From contig OX597815.1 in assembly GCA_951406725.2 (NCBI GenBank), positions 198,648,001 through 198,712,000 of the forward strand: DNA of 64,000 nt, read 5' to 3'. Below, piece by piece: positions 12,932 through 25,447 of the stretch. The position numbers and the translations under genes were made by a program. Every line of letters starts with the position of its first letter. The first letter of the stretch is position 1. Below the pieces are notes generated by a model. That model saw only the letters and a list, made by a program, of their open reading frames with translations. It ran no database searches and had not been told where the DNA came from. The DNA is from Octopus vulgaris (taxonomy: Eukaryota).

Positions 12932-13862
12932 GTCTAATTTTCATTTGTGCCTCTTACTAAATACCCCGATGGTGGTTATATTGAATATTTGTATTGAAGT
13001 GAGGATGAAAATAACGTAAAACGTGTGTCGAAATCTCAGTGGTCAAGGCTAAAATGGATGTTTAGTCTACTTTTTATTTGTGCCTCTTCCTAAATACCCC
13101 GATGGTGGTTATATTGAATATTTGTATTGAAGTGAGGATGAAAATAACGTAAAACGTGTGTCGAAATCTCAGTGGTCAAGGCTAAAATGGATGTTTAGTC
13201 TACTTTTTATTTGTGCCTCTTCCTAAATACCCCGATGGTGGTTATATTGAATATTTGTATTGAAGTGAGGATGAAAATAACGTAAAACGTGTGTCGAAAT
13301 CTCAGTGGTCAAGGCTAAAATGGATGTTTAGTCTACTTTTTATTTGTGCCTCTTCCTAAATACCCCGATGGTGGTTATATTGAATATTTGTATTGAAGTG
13401 AGGATGAAAATAACGTAAAACGTGTGTCGAAATCTCAGTGGTCAAGGCTAAAATGGATGTTTAGTCTACTTTTTATTTGTGCCTCTTACTAAATACCCCG
13501 ATGGTGGTTATATTGAATATTTGTATTGAAGTGAGGATGAAAATAACGTAAAACGTGTGTCGAAATCTCAGTGGTCAAGGCTAAAATGGATGTTTAGTCT
13601 ACTTTTTATTTGTGCCTCTTACTAAATACCCCGATGGTGGTTATATTGAATATTTGTATTGAAGTGAGGATGAAAATAACGTAAAACGTGTGTCGAAATC
13701 TCAGTGGTCGAGGCTAAAATGGATGTTTAGTCTACTTTTTATTTGTGCCTCTTACTAAATACCCCGATGGTGGTTATATTGAATATTTGTATTGAAGTGA
13801 GGATGAAAATAACGTAAAACGTGTGTCGAATTCTCAGTGGTCGAGGCTAAAATGGATGTTTA
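12932..13862. repeat. Tandem array of exactly 7 x 133 bp
   Basis: TAAATACCCCGATGG recurs at 12958, 13091, 13224, 13357, 13490, 13623 and 13756 (period 133); units differ at only about 5 positions. Confidence 0.97.
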
Positions 13863-14109
13863 CGATTCTTGTAGATAATCATGATAATCATTGTTGAGCG
13901 AGTGCCTACCGACCATTGTAATGTTTAATTGCCTTCATTGATAACACGATGGGTATCAGTGGGGTCAGTTCTAGAGTGGATCGCAATTCTGGAAGCTAAA
14001 AGCTAAAAGTATGATTTGGAAAATTTGTCAGCAGGAGGCTGTCTGCAACGAAGAATAATAATAGATTGTGAGTGGGTGCAAGATGAAAACTCAGAAATTA
14101 AATCATATC

Positions 14110-14142
<33 letters not shown>

Positions 14143-14368
14143 CATATTTGTGTGTGTGTGTATATATATATATATATAATGTATATATATATACATATAT
14201 AAAGATATATATATATAAATCTATGTTTATAGAAATGTGTATATATGTGTAAAAGTGTATATTCATACATTATTTCTTCATTTTACTATTACGTACAATC
14301 ATAAAACCATGAGTGTATATCTATACGTGTATTTACGTACAAACATTTATATCTGAAAGCTTACTACA

Positions 14369-14466
<98 letters not shown>

Positions 14467-15212
14467 CTTATTTGTGTCTGTGTACGAATAGGTTCATATA
14501 TGTGTGTGTATGTATTTATCTATGCATGTATGAACTATGTGTTTACGGAAAGAACTTTAGTTTTGTGAATCTAATCAATACTTTATCATTTTCTAGAAGA
14601 AAATCTGGCTGTTTTATTTTAGCATCACTGTTTTATTTTTAATACTTCTCTTAACCTCCCTTTCTTTACCAAAAATACCTTCTGTTGCATCGATATTCAG
14701 CATCTTGTAAAATGATTGAAACGTAAATATTTTAGAATTAGTAGTTTTCAACTTGTAAAGAATCATAACGTATGGTTGCATTCATAAAGAGAATTGTTTT
14801 GTCCTTTTTTTTGTATTGTTATTTCATTTTATACTTCGTTTTTCCTTGAATACTTTTGTGACGTTTGAGGGTCAAATTAGTTTGTTAAACCTTGTTACGA
14901 TTCTTCCGAACAATAACACAAATTCTTTTTTCAAAATTTATGTCTGTGATAAATTTTATTTTTTACGTTTTGCCGTAAATATTACAATAGTTCAGAGCCA
15001 CATATCTGTGAATTCATACTACCGTTTTAAACATTTGGCTTTCCTTTCTCAAATTTCTCATGTCCTATAAACATATCTAGTTAATGTACCATTGCAATCT
15101 GACTGTGAATAGGAACGATATAGAGACATAATTCAACGCTCTAAACAGCAGCTGCAATTATTAATTCGTAATTGATATATTCACAATGTTCTGTTAAACA
15201 CTTCTCTAAAAT

Positions 15213-15328
15213 CGAGGGTAGGGATAAAGCACATCTAATGACATTGATATAAACACATGACGTAATATAACGAGGGTAGGGATAAAGCACCTCTAATGAC
15301 ATTGATATAAACACACGAAGTAATATAA
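15213..15328. repeat. 58-bp tandem duplication
   Basis: CGAGGGTAGGGATAAAGCAC..TCTAATGACATTGATATAAACAC at 15213 and 15271. Confidence 0.9.
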
Positions 15329-15629
15329 AACACGTTCTTAGTAATCGAACATTGCATTGGTTAAGGAAAAGCACTTGCATCACCACTAGTAAATTCCCGT
15401 AAGGCAAATGCAGAATGAGAAATTTACACATTGAGTTTCCTCATCGTTAATACCTTGCGTCCATTAGCTGATGCTCGCAATATTTTGTTAAAGCTTACTT
15501 TGGGATGGAATGCAGCAGCAACAACTCCTCCTCAAATTCCAAGCCTTGAAAGATGAAATACACAATAACAGTTATTCGATAACATTTTGAGTAAATATTC
15601 TTTAGACTCTGAGCGATTGCTTACAGGAC

Positions 15630-16266
15630 AATTCCTCCTCACACAAGACAAAACACCTCCAGAATTGAGTTACCCCAGAGGGCTCTCACTAAACAGATTG
15701 AAGGCATGGCTGCTCTCGATTATTGGGATCGCCTTAAAGCCTTGAAACTTTACTCCCTCCAGCGTCGCCGTGAGCGGTACGTCATTTGTACGATGTGGAA
15801 AATATACCGCCAACTTTGCCAAAACGACCTAAACATTAGCTTCAAGGTTCATCCAAGACTTGGACCACGGGCTATACGTCCCCTGCCCAATTCAAGATCA
15901 CACCATACATGTACACTGCAACATAATTTCTTTTCCTCAACAGGCCCTGCCCTATTTAACATTGTCCCGAGGGAGATCAAAAAGGAAAAGGATCCCATCA
16001 ACTTTAAACAGAGTTTGGATAGATTCCTTCAAAGAATACCAGATAAGCCACCCATAACTAGATACAACTCACCCAACAAGAACTCACTACTTGAACAAGA
16101 CTGGATACAACTCACCCAACAAGAACTCACTACTTGAACAAAACTTGACTTAAACAAAACTTAACTTAACCAGGATTCGAATAATCCTATCAGGTGGTGC
16201 TATTAAGTTAGACATGGCCTGGACCAATCTTTGGTCGAAACATATCTAAGTTTATCTAAGTTTATA
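15630..16266 (+). mobile_element. 5'-truncated CR1/L2-group LINE 3' end
   Basis: The ORF at 15706 reads DYWDRLKALKLYSLQRRRERYVI..WKI..GPALFN..FKQSLDRFL..IPDKP, a typical CR1-group RT C-terminus. It has an internal 43-bp duplication (16061-16141) and a short tandem tail (TCTAAGTTTA)2. Confidence 0.85.
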
Positions 16267-17560
16267 TCATTAACTTCGTACAGCTATTACTTAAAGAATT
16301 TTTTTCTTTACACTTATTTTGTATGTTACCACGCTGATTTGAAACACATCTGTTGTATTTGTCTTCGGTCTTGAAGATAACCGATACAAGATCATTAGCA
16401 CTCAGTCCCTCTCATCTCGGACCAGATGGCTAATCGCCTTATTGTCTGCAGGGGTTACGAGCTGTTGACTGCATTCCCAGGTGTACATGAAATACGAACG
16501 CTTCACTTGTTCAGTTGCCAAACGCAATATGTTTTAATGTTGAGCATATATATAAAAAAACAGAAAGCGGCAATATCATGAGAACATCCCATACTGGATC
16601 TTTTGCAATCTACTTTTTCATAAGAAGCAAAATAGCTGCTGTTCCAGCTGCTTAGATATTTCTTGTAATGCCGAACAGACTACAATTGTGTACTATAATA
16701 GTATTTTATACTATTTTACTGAATCTATTAATCATAGAATTTTAAGATTGCTATATTGCCACAAAACTTGAGATAGAGCATATGTGATTTAATCGGACCA
16801 AGTTCTTTACTGGTAGTCGAGAATGAGAAAAACCGTATAAATATAGAACTAAAATGGATATCAATAGCGTCAAACTTTTAGTCCGACACCTTTACGCCAC
16901 CGCATTTCCGTCCACGCAATAATAGCAATGATTTTCGATATTACACGTTTGTAGAATAAACATAGCAATATTAATAGCTTCAAATATTTCCATATTTTAG
17001 GAGTGTAAGTATTGTGTAAAATCTTCTTGTAATGTTGAGGGAGTAATCTGGGGAGTCACAAACTTTCCCTATTGTGACATTCGCAAAATTTGAGTGGTAT
17101 AGTAATTTTTTTTTATAAAGTTCTGTGGGTGTAGGCATGTGCGTTTTGTATGAAACCAATTTCATCACCATATTATTTCTAAAATACTTGTGTAAGCAAC
17201 CTCATAGATCTGAATATATTTGTATACCATTCAAAGAAATTCAGATTTTCATGTCCTGAATTCGTTACCTTCATCAGGATTCTTTGTTTGCCAATAATTT
17301 AAGAACTAAGTTTCTTTTAAACTGAATATTTCATAAACAATCCACAGGTTGCATTGTTAGGAACATGGTATGCAACGAATCTAATTTCAGGCAACTTAAT
17401 CTAATTAGTTATTACATATATCCTCTAACATTTATCACTTTACCGTTTCTCTCGTTTTTCATTCCTCCTCTCTAACGTGATTTATTTTGAAACTCTTCGG
17501 CGTCGTAAATGCTGTATATGGACATAGGTCTCATTTGTGAAGAGATATTTCGTTGAAAGT

Positions 17561-17845
17561 AAGGCGGCGAGCTGGCAGAAGCGTTAGCACGCCGGGCGAA
17601 ATGCTTAGCGATATTTCGTCTGCTCTACGTTCTGAGTTCAAATTCCGTCGGAGGTCGACTTTGCCTTTCATCCTTTCGGGGTCGATTAAATAAGTACCAG
17701 TTACGCACTGGGGTCGATATAATCGACTTAATCCGTTTGTCTGTCTTTGTTTTTCCTCTCTGTATTTAGCCCCTTGTAGGTAGTAAAGAAATAGATATTT
17801 CGTCTGCCGCTACGTTCTGAGTTCAAATTCCGCCGAGGTCGACGT
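17561..17845 (+). mobile_element. SINE family B (tRNA-like head, GTCGACTTTGCCTTTCATCCTTTCGGGGTCGAT central domain) with partial internal restart
   Basis: Matches copies at 36220, 37470, 40189, 46981 and 49535. Confidence 0.88.
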
Positions 17846-19419
17846 CGAGGATTCTTTGTTGAAAATCTCCAATCAGATCACTCATTAGATTGTCTTAATT
17901 TCACTTATCAAGAACTAGAATATAAATGTTCTTTGTTAGCAGTTTTATACTTTTTCGATAGTTGAACACATTACAATTTACATCAAATCTAAGCACATGC
18001 ACTAGCGTAGGTCATTAAAAAGAATCCGGTTTTTCTAAATACAGAAGCATGTATGACTTTACAGACAATACGCGGCATACCTACGGGCCAGGAGAGTGTA
18101 ATTCAGCAGATCAAAATGATGTTGCATATTCTAACAGAAGAATATCGTAATAAGAAATTAGCATTTCAAATCGTCTTTCTCCAACCTATTTTTACATTAT
18201 ATTCCTGTTCGTTATCAAAGAAGAATTATTCATGTGAAAGATAAGCATTCTTTATTTTCCTACATATTTGTCTACATCGTAATTTAAAGATCTACTTACA
18301 GTTGCATCATTTTACTTTTTTTATTTGTTTATTACCAGAAGCGTAATCGCGATTTCTTTTTCAAAGAAATTAAAATAAATTATTGATAAATTTATATGTA
18401 AGCTAATCATTTCTAACAACTTACTTTCTTCTCTTTTTAATTAAGCTGTAAGGATTTTAGTCAGCAGAAACGTGTTCATCTGTTGACTATTAATTAGCAA
18501 GGAATACCAAGAGATCCATAACTAAATAAACAATCGTGACAGAAGGCGGAAATTTTCTGAAACTCATCGTGGGTGTTTACGAAGCTAACTAACGATAAAC
18601 CGAAAAGTGCCTTTCAATATTTTCAAATATTTATATATTCTATTCCATTGTTGCGCAGTATTATTTACAGGATGGGGAATTCAAACTATGGGATCGATTT
18701 TGTTTAGTTCTATGTCGTTATATGTGAATGAGTATCTTCCAGGCTTGCAGTTATGATAATGAGCTTTAGCTGAAGCATTTCTGTGTGCCTGTAACCTACT
18801 TCAATTTCCATCACTTTACACAACTTCATAACGAGTGCGCTGCCTAAAAGGCATGAATATCATGATTTCATTGGTATTCGCTATGCCAAACACGGAATAC
18901 ACACACACATAGACACACACAAATATATCTCTTCTGGTGACGTGGATTCGAGCCCCACCGGCAGCTTTCGAATATTTCTATCCAAAAGGTGTTTTCAACA
19001 CAATATTTTCATATTATTATTAGAGATGAATTGTTGCGTGTGCTTAGAGATAGTTCAACAAATAATTATTTCACGTTCTTTAGAAGCTTTATAAAAGTCT
19101 TATGATGCAAATATATGTATATATTCTTTTATTTGTTTTGACCACGGCCTTGCTGGAGTACCTTGAGGGGTGTTAGTCAAAGACAGCGACACCTAGTACT
19201 CATTCTATCGATCACTTTTGCCGAACCGTTCCGTTGCGGATTCATTAATGCATTAGCAACGGTTGTTAAGTGATGATGCGGGTACAAACGCACACACAGA
19301 CACATATACAGCTTGGTGTATAGTTTAAAATGTTATTGAGTGCAAAAGTGGTGTCTATTGTCTAAAAGAAATCTTTCTGTTTTCCTATCAAAAAGCATAT
19401 ATTGGATGTGTTTTATGTC

Positions 19420-19506
19420 TACCTGTGTGTATGTGTATGCGTGTGTGTGTGGTGTGTATGTGTGTGTGTGTGTGTCTCTCTCTCTCCCTCTCTCTCTCTC
19501 TCGCTC

Positions 19507-19589
<83 letters not shown>

Positions 19590-19978
19590 GTATGTATTGA
19601 AGTTTCTTTCAATATGTTTTGAAAAATTACCAGCTGCGAGTCGATGTGTGTGAAGAATTTCTCTCCTTGAAAACAAGAATTAGGACTTTTCTTTGAGTTA
19701 GATGGATTCTTTTGAGTGTCTCCACCTGTGTGTATGTGTGTTTTTGTGATGCTTTCTTTTTTTTTGTATGTGTGTACATCCGTGTATGTGTGTGTGTACA
19801 GATGTGTGTGTGTGTGTGTGTGTCTTTATGATGCTTTCTTTTGTATATGTGTGGGTTTGTGTGTACTTGTGATGTTTTCTTTTTTGTGTATGTGTTATGT
19901 TTGTGTGTGTGTGTTTCTGGTGTTCTCTATTGTATGTGAGTGTATGTGTGTGTGTGTGTGTGTGTTTGTGTGTGTGCT
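19420..19978. repeat. (TG)n/(CT)n compound microsatellite block
   Basis: Long TG and CT dinucleotide tracts. Confidence 0.93.
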
Positions 19979-20089
19979 CTGGCATATATGTATATTTCAT
20001 ACAAGATTTAGGAGGTGATGGGAAGTATATTTTTAAAATGATAATATGTAGAAAATTGTTTAAAATTGTTTTTAAGTACCTGTTATTAT

Positions 20090-21200
20090 ATATTGGTTGT
20101 GGGTGGATCTTTACTTAATTGTGGTTTATACTTGCTGATAAATTGTCTTTCTTTATTCAGAGTTTGTGGCTGATTGAAGGAATCTGAGCACTTGCAGAGG
20201 GGAAATATTTTGAAATTAGATAAGACCATTCCTGCACAAGTTGCAATGTGGCTGCTTAAAGGAATTTTTCTTGCGCATTTTCTCGGATCTGCTGGCGATG
20301 GGTCATCATTCTGTTGCATAACGATCCACCCGTCTGGCCTATGTAATTATATTGGCAACCATTGCATGTGATTTGGTAGATCAGGTTTTTCATGTTGCAC
20401 GTGAGATTAGACTGACTGAGGTTTGGCAAGTTTAAATTCTGGTCCCTCAATTAGGTAAAGGTAAGTGTCGCAGTTTGTTCTCTCACATTTTATGCCCGTT
20501 GTGTTGGGGGTTTCTTTGTGTGTACTTGCTCCGATGACCATGGGTGTTTGTGTTTGGGCTACCTTTTGCTTTTGATGATTTGTTGTCTCTCTAAGATTTT
20601 TCTCATTTTTTCATTTGCAAATAACATGGGGAGGTGTCTCTGGGTGTGATCAAATATTTCGGTGTTCTTGAGATTGAAGGTTGACACGAATGGTAGGACA
20701 TTTTCTTTCGTTTTTGTTTTTGTTTTTTTTTTTTCCATTTGATTGATATCCATTTCTTTTGCCTTGTTTATTCCGTTGGTGATTATGCCAGGGGGAAGGA
20801 TCTTTGGATAAGTGTGTCTTTCAGTTCCTCCTGTCATTGTTCACGTTTGAATGGTTCTGATAATATGGTACAAATTCGCTTTGCCAGGTTGAAGAGAATG
20901 TTGAGTTTGGTGTGTTTTGGGTGAGATGACGTGAAAAGTTTGTACAATATGTCCGTTTCTATATTCCCATCTTGGTTTTTGATTAGGATATCTAGAAAGG
21001 CAAGTTTTTTGTGGGGGTTAAACTCCATTGTGAACTGGATGTTATTGCTGCGGTTGTTTATCATGTTTTTGAATTCAGTTAACTTGTCAATGTTTTCCTG
21101 CCATAAAATAAAGCAATCATCTTGGTATCTTTTCCATTTATTTCTTAGTCGTGTATGGAACGTGTCACTAAATATTAGATGATGATTTATCATGTCTAGG
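20090..21200 (-). mobile_element. Penelope-like retroelement relic (RT core plus GIY-YIG endonuclease)
   Basis: Frames read WKRYQDDCFILW, IQFTME, LAFLDILI, SSHPKHTKLNI, LPFVSTFN, NLIYQITCNGCQYNYIGQTGGSLCNRM..H (GIY-YIG) and KERQFISKYKPQL; frameshifted. Confidence 0.92.
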
Positions 21201-21211
21201 TCGTCTCTATG

Positions 21212-22295
21212 TATCAGGTCATCCTATGAGTTCTGTCCAAATTTTTAATAAAGAAAACAAAAGATCAAATGTCATATTTAATTGAAAATTAATCATCAAT
21301 GTACTTTTCCTGATTATCTATGACTTACTTTCATCTATTTACAAGCTTTGTAATCCCATCAATGTAAAACTCTTTTGGTTTCAAAGCGAAGAACTGTAAA
21401 ATGTCAGTTTCGACCTCCTCCTGGCTTGCGAAAGTTATCTCCCGCAAATGAACCTGTAAACTATGAAAGAAATGGTAGTCTGAAGGAGCAAGGTTGGGAG
21501 AATATTGTGGATGAGAAATTTTTTCCCAACCAAGGTCTTCAATTTCTGTGATATGATCTTTGCAGTGTGGGGTCGCGCATTGTCCTAATGAAATATCACT
21601 CCTTTTCGATTCTCTAAAGTGGGTCATTTCTTTGTTCAAAGCTTCGTTGAAACGCTCTAATTATTGACAGTAGACTTGAGGATTGATTGTTGCATTAGGT
21701 GGTAACAATTCAAAGTGAATTACTCCTGCGCAATCCCACCAGATATAGAGAAGAACCTCTTTTCCATGAAGTTCCCTTCTCGGTTGTGGTTGAGCTTTTT
21801 CCCTTTTACGAAGCCACTGTTTACGACATTTAACATTTCGATAGAAGATCTATTTTCCGTCACCAGTCACAAGTCTATCCGAAATGGGTGAGATGAGTTC
21901 GCGGGAATGGAGAGAAGAGCAGATGTCAACTCGGGATTTGCGGTTGCTTTCGGACAATACACGAGGCACGCATTTTCCAAGTTTAGTAACCTTTCCAAGT
22001 TGTTGAAGATGACGATGAACAGTTGTATGGTTTTGAGCTGACCTTTATTGCCAATTCTTCAACTGTTAATGCAGAATTTTCTTCAAGTAATGCCTCAAGG
22101 AGCTTATCGTCGAGCACAACTTCACCTTCAATCTTCATCTTCAAGGCTGAAATCTCCGCTTCTGAATTTTGAATAATCATATTCTGCAAGTTCTTTCATT
22201 CAAGCATTCTTTCCCATAAACTGAGTGTATGTTTCAAGTCACTTCGGCTGCAGAATTTCCTTTTTTTATACTCATAAAGCATTATGTGCCTTAAT
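21212..22295 (-). mobile_element. Decayed mariner element, second family (one TIR retained)
   Basis: GWEKISHPQYSPNLAPSDYHFFHSL and LDDKLLEALLEENSALTVEELA; TIR-like TATCAGGTCATCCTATGAGTTCTGTCC at 21212, abutting the PLE relic. Confidence 0.88.
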
Positions 22296-23694
22296 ATATT
22301 CAACGTATACCGAGGAATTCCCAACATAGATCCCGCGATTAATGTGCATTTACTGTGGATGACGCTAGGTAGCCATAAGTGGTGAACGTGCTCTGCCGGC
22401 TTACTACTAGGGATATAACCAAAATACGGTTTGAATACTAAATGTAAGACTTTAGAGTTTAAGTCTAAACATTAATTATAACTTATATAAAAACACACAC
22501 TCATACACATGCATATACATATACTTATACGAACAGCAATACATCAGACATATCGCATATATTACATGACCTCATTAAACATAATTACAACACAGTATGA
22601 TATTTTCTTTACGCGAAGATATGCCAGTTGAAGGTATATCATCTTAGAATAGAGGCGTATGCCTGATACTAAGGAAAAAAGGACTTTACAGTAGCTTGCA
22701 TATAAATAACGCACTGCTCACTCTGCGCATATTTTTCTTGTGGCACCAACTCGGATTTGCATACGATATTAAAGCGGATAGCCATCAAGATCATAACTGT
22801 CTCTTCATAATAACTAGTTTTCCGCCACCACACTATTTCTTTTGCTGTTCTGTCCCTATCGGACTCCATTTTCATGTGGTGGTTTTGGCAGAGAGAATGT
22901 GAGTCGTTTTGCTTTGCTTAGCCACAAATCAGTCAGATCGAGTAGGCTTACAATGAAAACATACCAGCCGTAAAAATACATTTTACACGTATTATGCAAT
23001 ACATTGTGAAATGAACTCGTCTTTGTTTAAGAATGGTATGATTTAATTTGTAGTAAATTTAGCAGTTATTTCTAGCAAATAGGTCAACAGACTAGGGACT
23101 CTTCCCTTGGTCTAACCGTGGTAATAGTGTTGATGATAGGGAGTTTTTTTTTATAGTGACGGTTATATTAGTGGTGAGGCTGTGAGTGGGCGATATAAAC
23201 TGCATTTTTTAGCATCTGCACAAAGCATAGGCCGAAGTAATTTTGCAATATGAACTGCTTAATACATTCTCAACTTTATAGAAGAATCTTTCTTCTAATT
23301 TGATCAGTGAGCCATTCTGCCACTTTATATCAACTTATACTTTGATGGTCTAAGCCGTTAAGGGTTAAACATATTATTTAGACAGAGAACCATTAATTGG
23401 TTCAGTGTCTAATTGACCTTTATCCTTTTGACACTGCCATGCAAAATCTTTCGCCTTTTTCACATAATTCACATTAAGCTTCATATATTAAAGCTACTGG
23501 TGCGTTTAGTTAATTTTATGGATTGGCAGTTACACTTCTAAATGAAGCGCTATACTAAAGTATGGTTACTGTTAGATATAAATAGTTAGTTAATAAGTAG
23601 TTAGAATAAGCTTTGAGGGCTGGAAAATAACCGAAATAATGCTGTTGCAGTCTGCGCTAAGAACTATTTATCTAGTGATTGTGATAATTTTCTT

Positions 23695-23805
23695 TCACAA
23701 AGTATGATCTCTTGATAACTCATCCAGCCCCCGGCTGTGTTGACTGCTGTAATTCTGAACAAATTGCCAACGTCCAGATGCAGTTGAACCACAAGTGATT
23801 TCAGT
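23695..23805 (-). CDS. Candidate terminal coding exon of an unknown minus-strand gene
   Basis: Strong acceptor ttcttgttctatatttccag, then ACT GAA ATC...TTG TGA (TEITCGSTASGRWQFVQNYSSQHSRGLDELSRDHTL*). No recognisable homology; a second frame is also open. Confidence 0.3.
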   Translation of the reverse strand, partial: TEITCGSTASGRWQFVQNYSSQHSRGLDELSRDHTL

Positions 23806-24859
23806 CTGGAAATATAGAACAAGAATATGTATAAGAATTTAGTTATATTTGTCATATTAAGTTCAGTGCAATCAACCAAAACAGAAATTGGCAATATCGA
23901 TGATTAGAATGAACGACAAATCTAATGAATTGATTTGCTGCCGATTTTTGATTCCCAAGTGCAATACTTTTTTGCTTCATATCATAACGTTCTTACGATT
24001 TCTTGTTCTTAAACTTTTATGATATGTGTCTCGTTTTTATTGTTTTGTTTTCTTTTTACCTTCCTTCCATCAGTAGATAAGGCAGAAGCAGTCATTGAGT
24101 CATTACGTGTTTTGTTCTAAAATGATTTTAAGGCGCCAGTTTAACTAACAAGTAAACGTCTGCGTTTTTATTTTAATTAGTTGGGAAATTTTACTTCACT
24201 AGGAAACGAAAATCCTACAACGAGTTTATAATATTCAGGAAGGATAATTCACAAAATTTATTAAAATATTTCATAACAAAACAAAAGCAAGGTTTTTTTT
24301 TGTGATGGAATTGTTCAACAGCAACTTATTATCATAGCAACCATGTTGTGAATCAACTCCACTGAAGTTCACCTTGTAACCCGTCTCTCGACATTATATT
24401 ACCCAAATTCTGCGTTAGTGTTCGCTTCCCTTTTCATAATCTTCATGTAGATGTCGATCAGGAGATGTCCCTGGTCATTACTGGACACCGACCACACTAG
24501 TCTTGGAAGGAAGAAAAAGCTCTTCGACGCAGTTTTATTCCGACTAAATACAAATACAAACATATTTATTTAAGTGATGTACGTGACTGCTATGTAAGAA
24601 TCCGTGACAAAATCTGACGATGTTTTATTTCCTCGTTTGTTTTTTTTTTGTTTTTTTTTCAGGAACATCTTGATCAACTACGTTGGGTAGCTTAGAGATA
24701 AATCTTGTAATTGAGAAACAGTTACCTAAAATGGAAGACTAGTAGCTATCTGAATACTGGAAAAAAGTTACCTGTATCAGGCTGACTTTCGCCGAGTGTC
24801 AACATACTGTAAGACGAACGTCGACCACAGCAACGGAGACCACAAAGTCGTAGGCTTTC

Positions 24860-25447
24860 TGACTGCATGAGCACGCTGAAGATCATCTACCAATGGATGA
24901 AGAGAACGTGAGGCTGAATTCAGACCACCCTGTGAAGCTGCTCCAGACTATGGTCAAAGCCTCCTTTGAGAGGGTTGCTGCTGGAAGGCCATATGTGTTT
25001 GTATGGCAGCTGGACTCGTCGCCTTGCTATACTTCCGGAAAGAGTCACAAGTCGTTGTCGGAGAATTTTTACGTTTTCACCAGTGCCAGTTTCTGGTCCC
25101 CTAATTCCCTGATTGTAACCCCACAGATTACTATGTGTGATGCATGATAGCGAAAACCATCAAACAGTCTGCCTGCAATACAGAGCGAAGCTGGTGGTGA
25201 AGATCATGAAAGTGTTTGAAGACCTTCCCAAGGACACCGTGACTAATAAATGCGCCATGGTCTGGCGCCGTCTTAAGGCCGTGGTGGAAGCTGGGTGCGG
25301 CTACTTTGAGTAATGTGTTATCTCTCAGCCATAATGTAGTTGATATCGTTTGGATTTTTTAACATAATTGTATTTTTGGGCGATATATTGTATTTTCTTT
25401 TCTTTTCTTTTTATGTAAACTGTTAAATTCAGTCAGAACTCACCGTA
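24860..25447 (+). mobile_element. Decayed Tc1/mariner-superfamily transposase C-terminal half
   Basis: VWQLDSSPCYTS..SENF..FWSPNS resembles QQDSAPAHTS..WPPSSPDLNP; ends in a possible TIR end, GTCAGAACTCACCGTA. Confidence 0.65.

Noticed and set aside
12932-13862. Possible CRISPR array or ribozyme-containing satellite
   Set aside because: Units are contiguous with no unique spacers, the context is eukaryotic, and I found no CTGANGA..GAAA core on either strand.
18930-18972. CTGGTGACGTGG..CCAC hammerhead-like stretch
   Set aside because: The core lacks GAAA and a valid stem I/III; too degenerate to support.
22560-22880. Possible Tc1-like transposase fragment on the minus strand (ETVMILMAI..KSELV..IYMQATVKSFFP)
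   Set aside because: The resemblance is too faint to call without a TBLASTN/HMM search, and no TIRs are visible.
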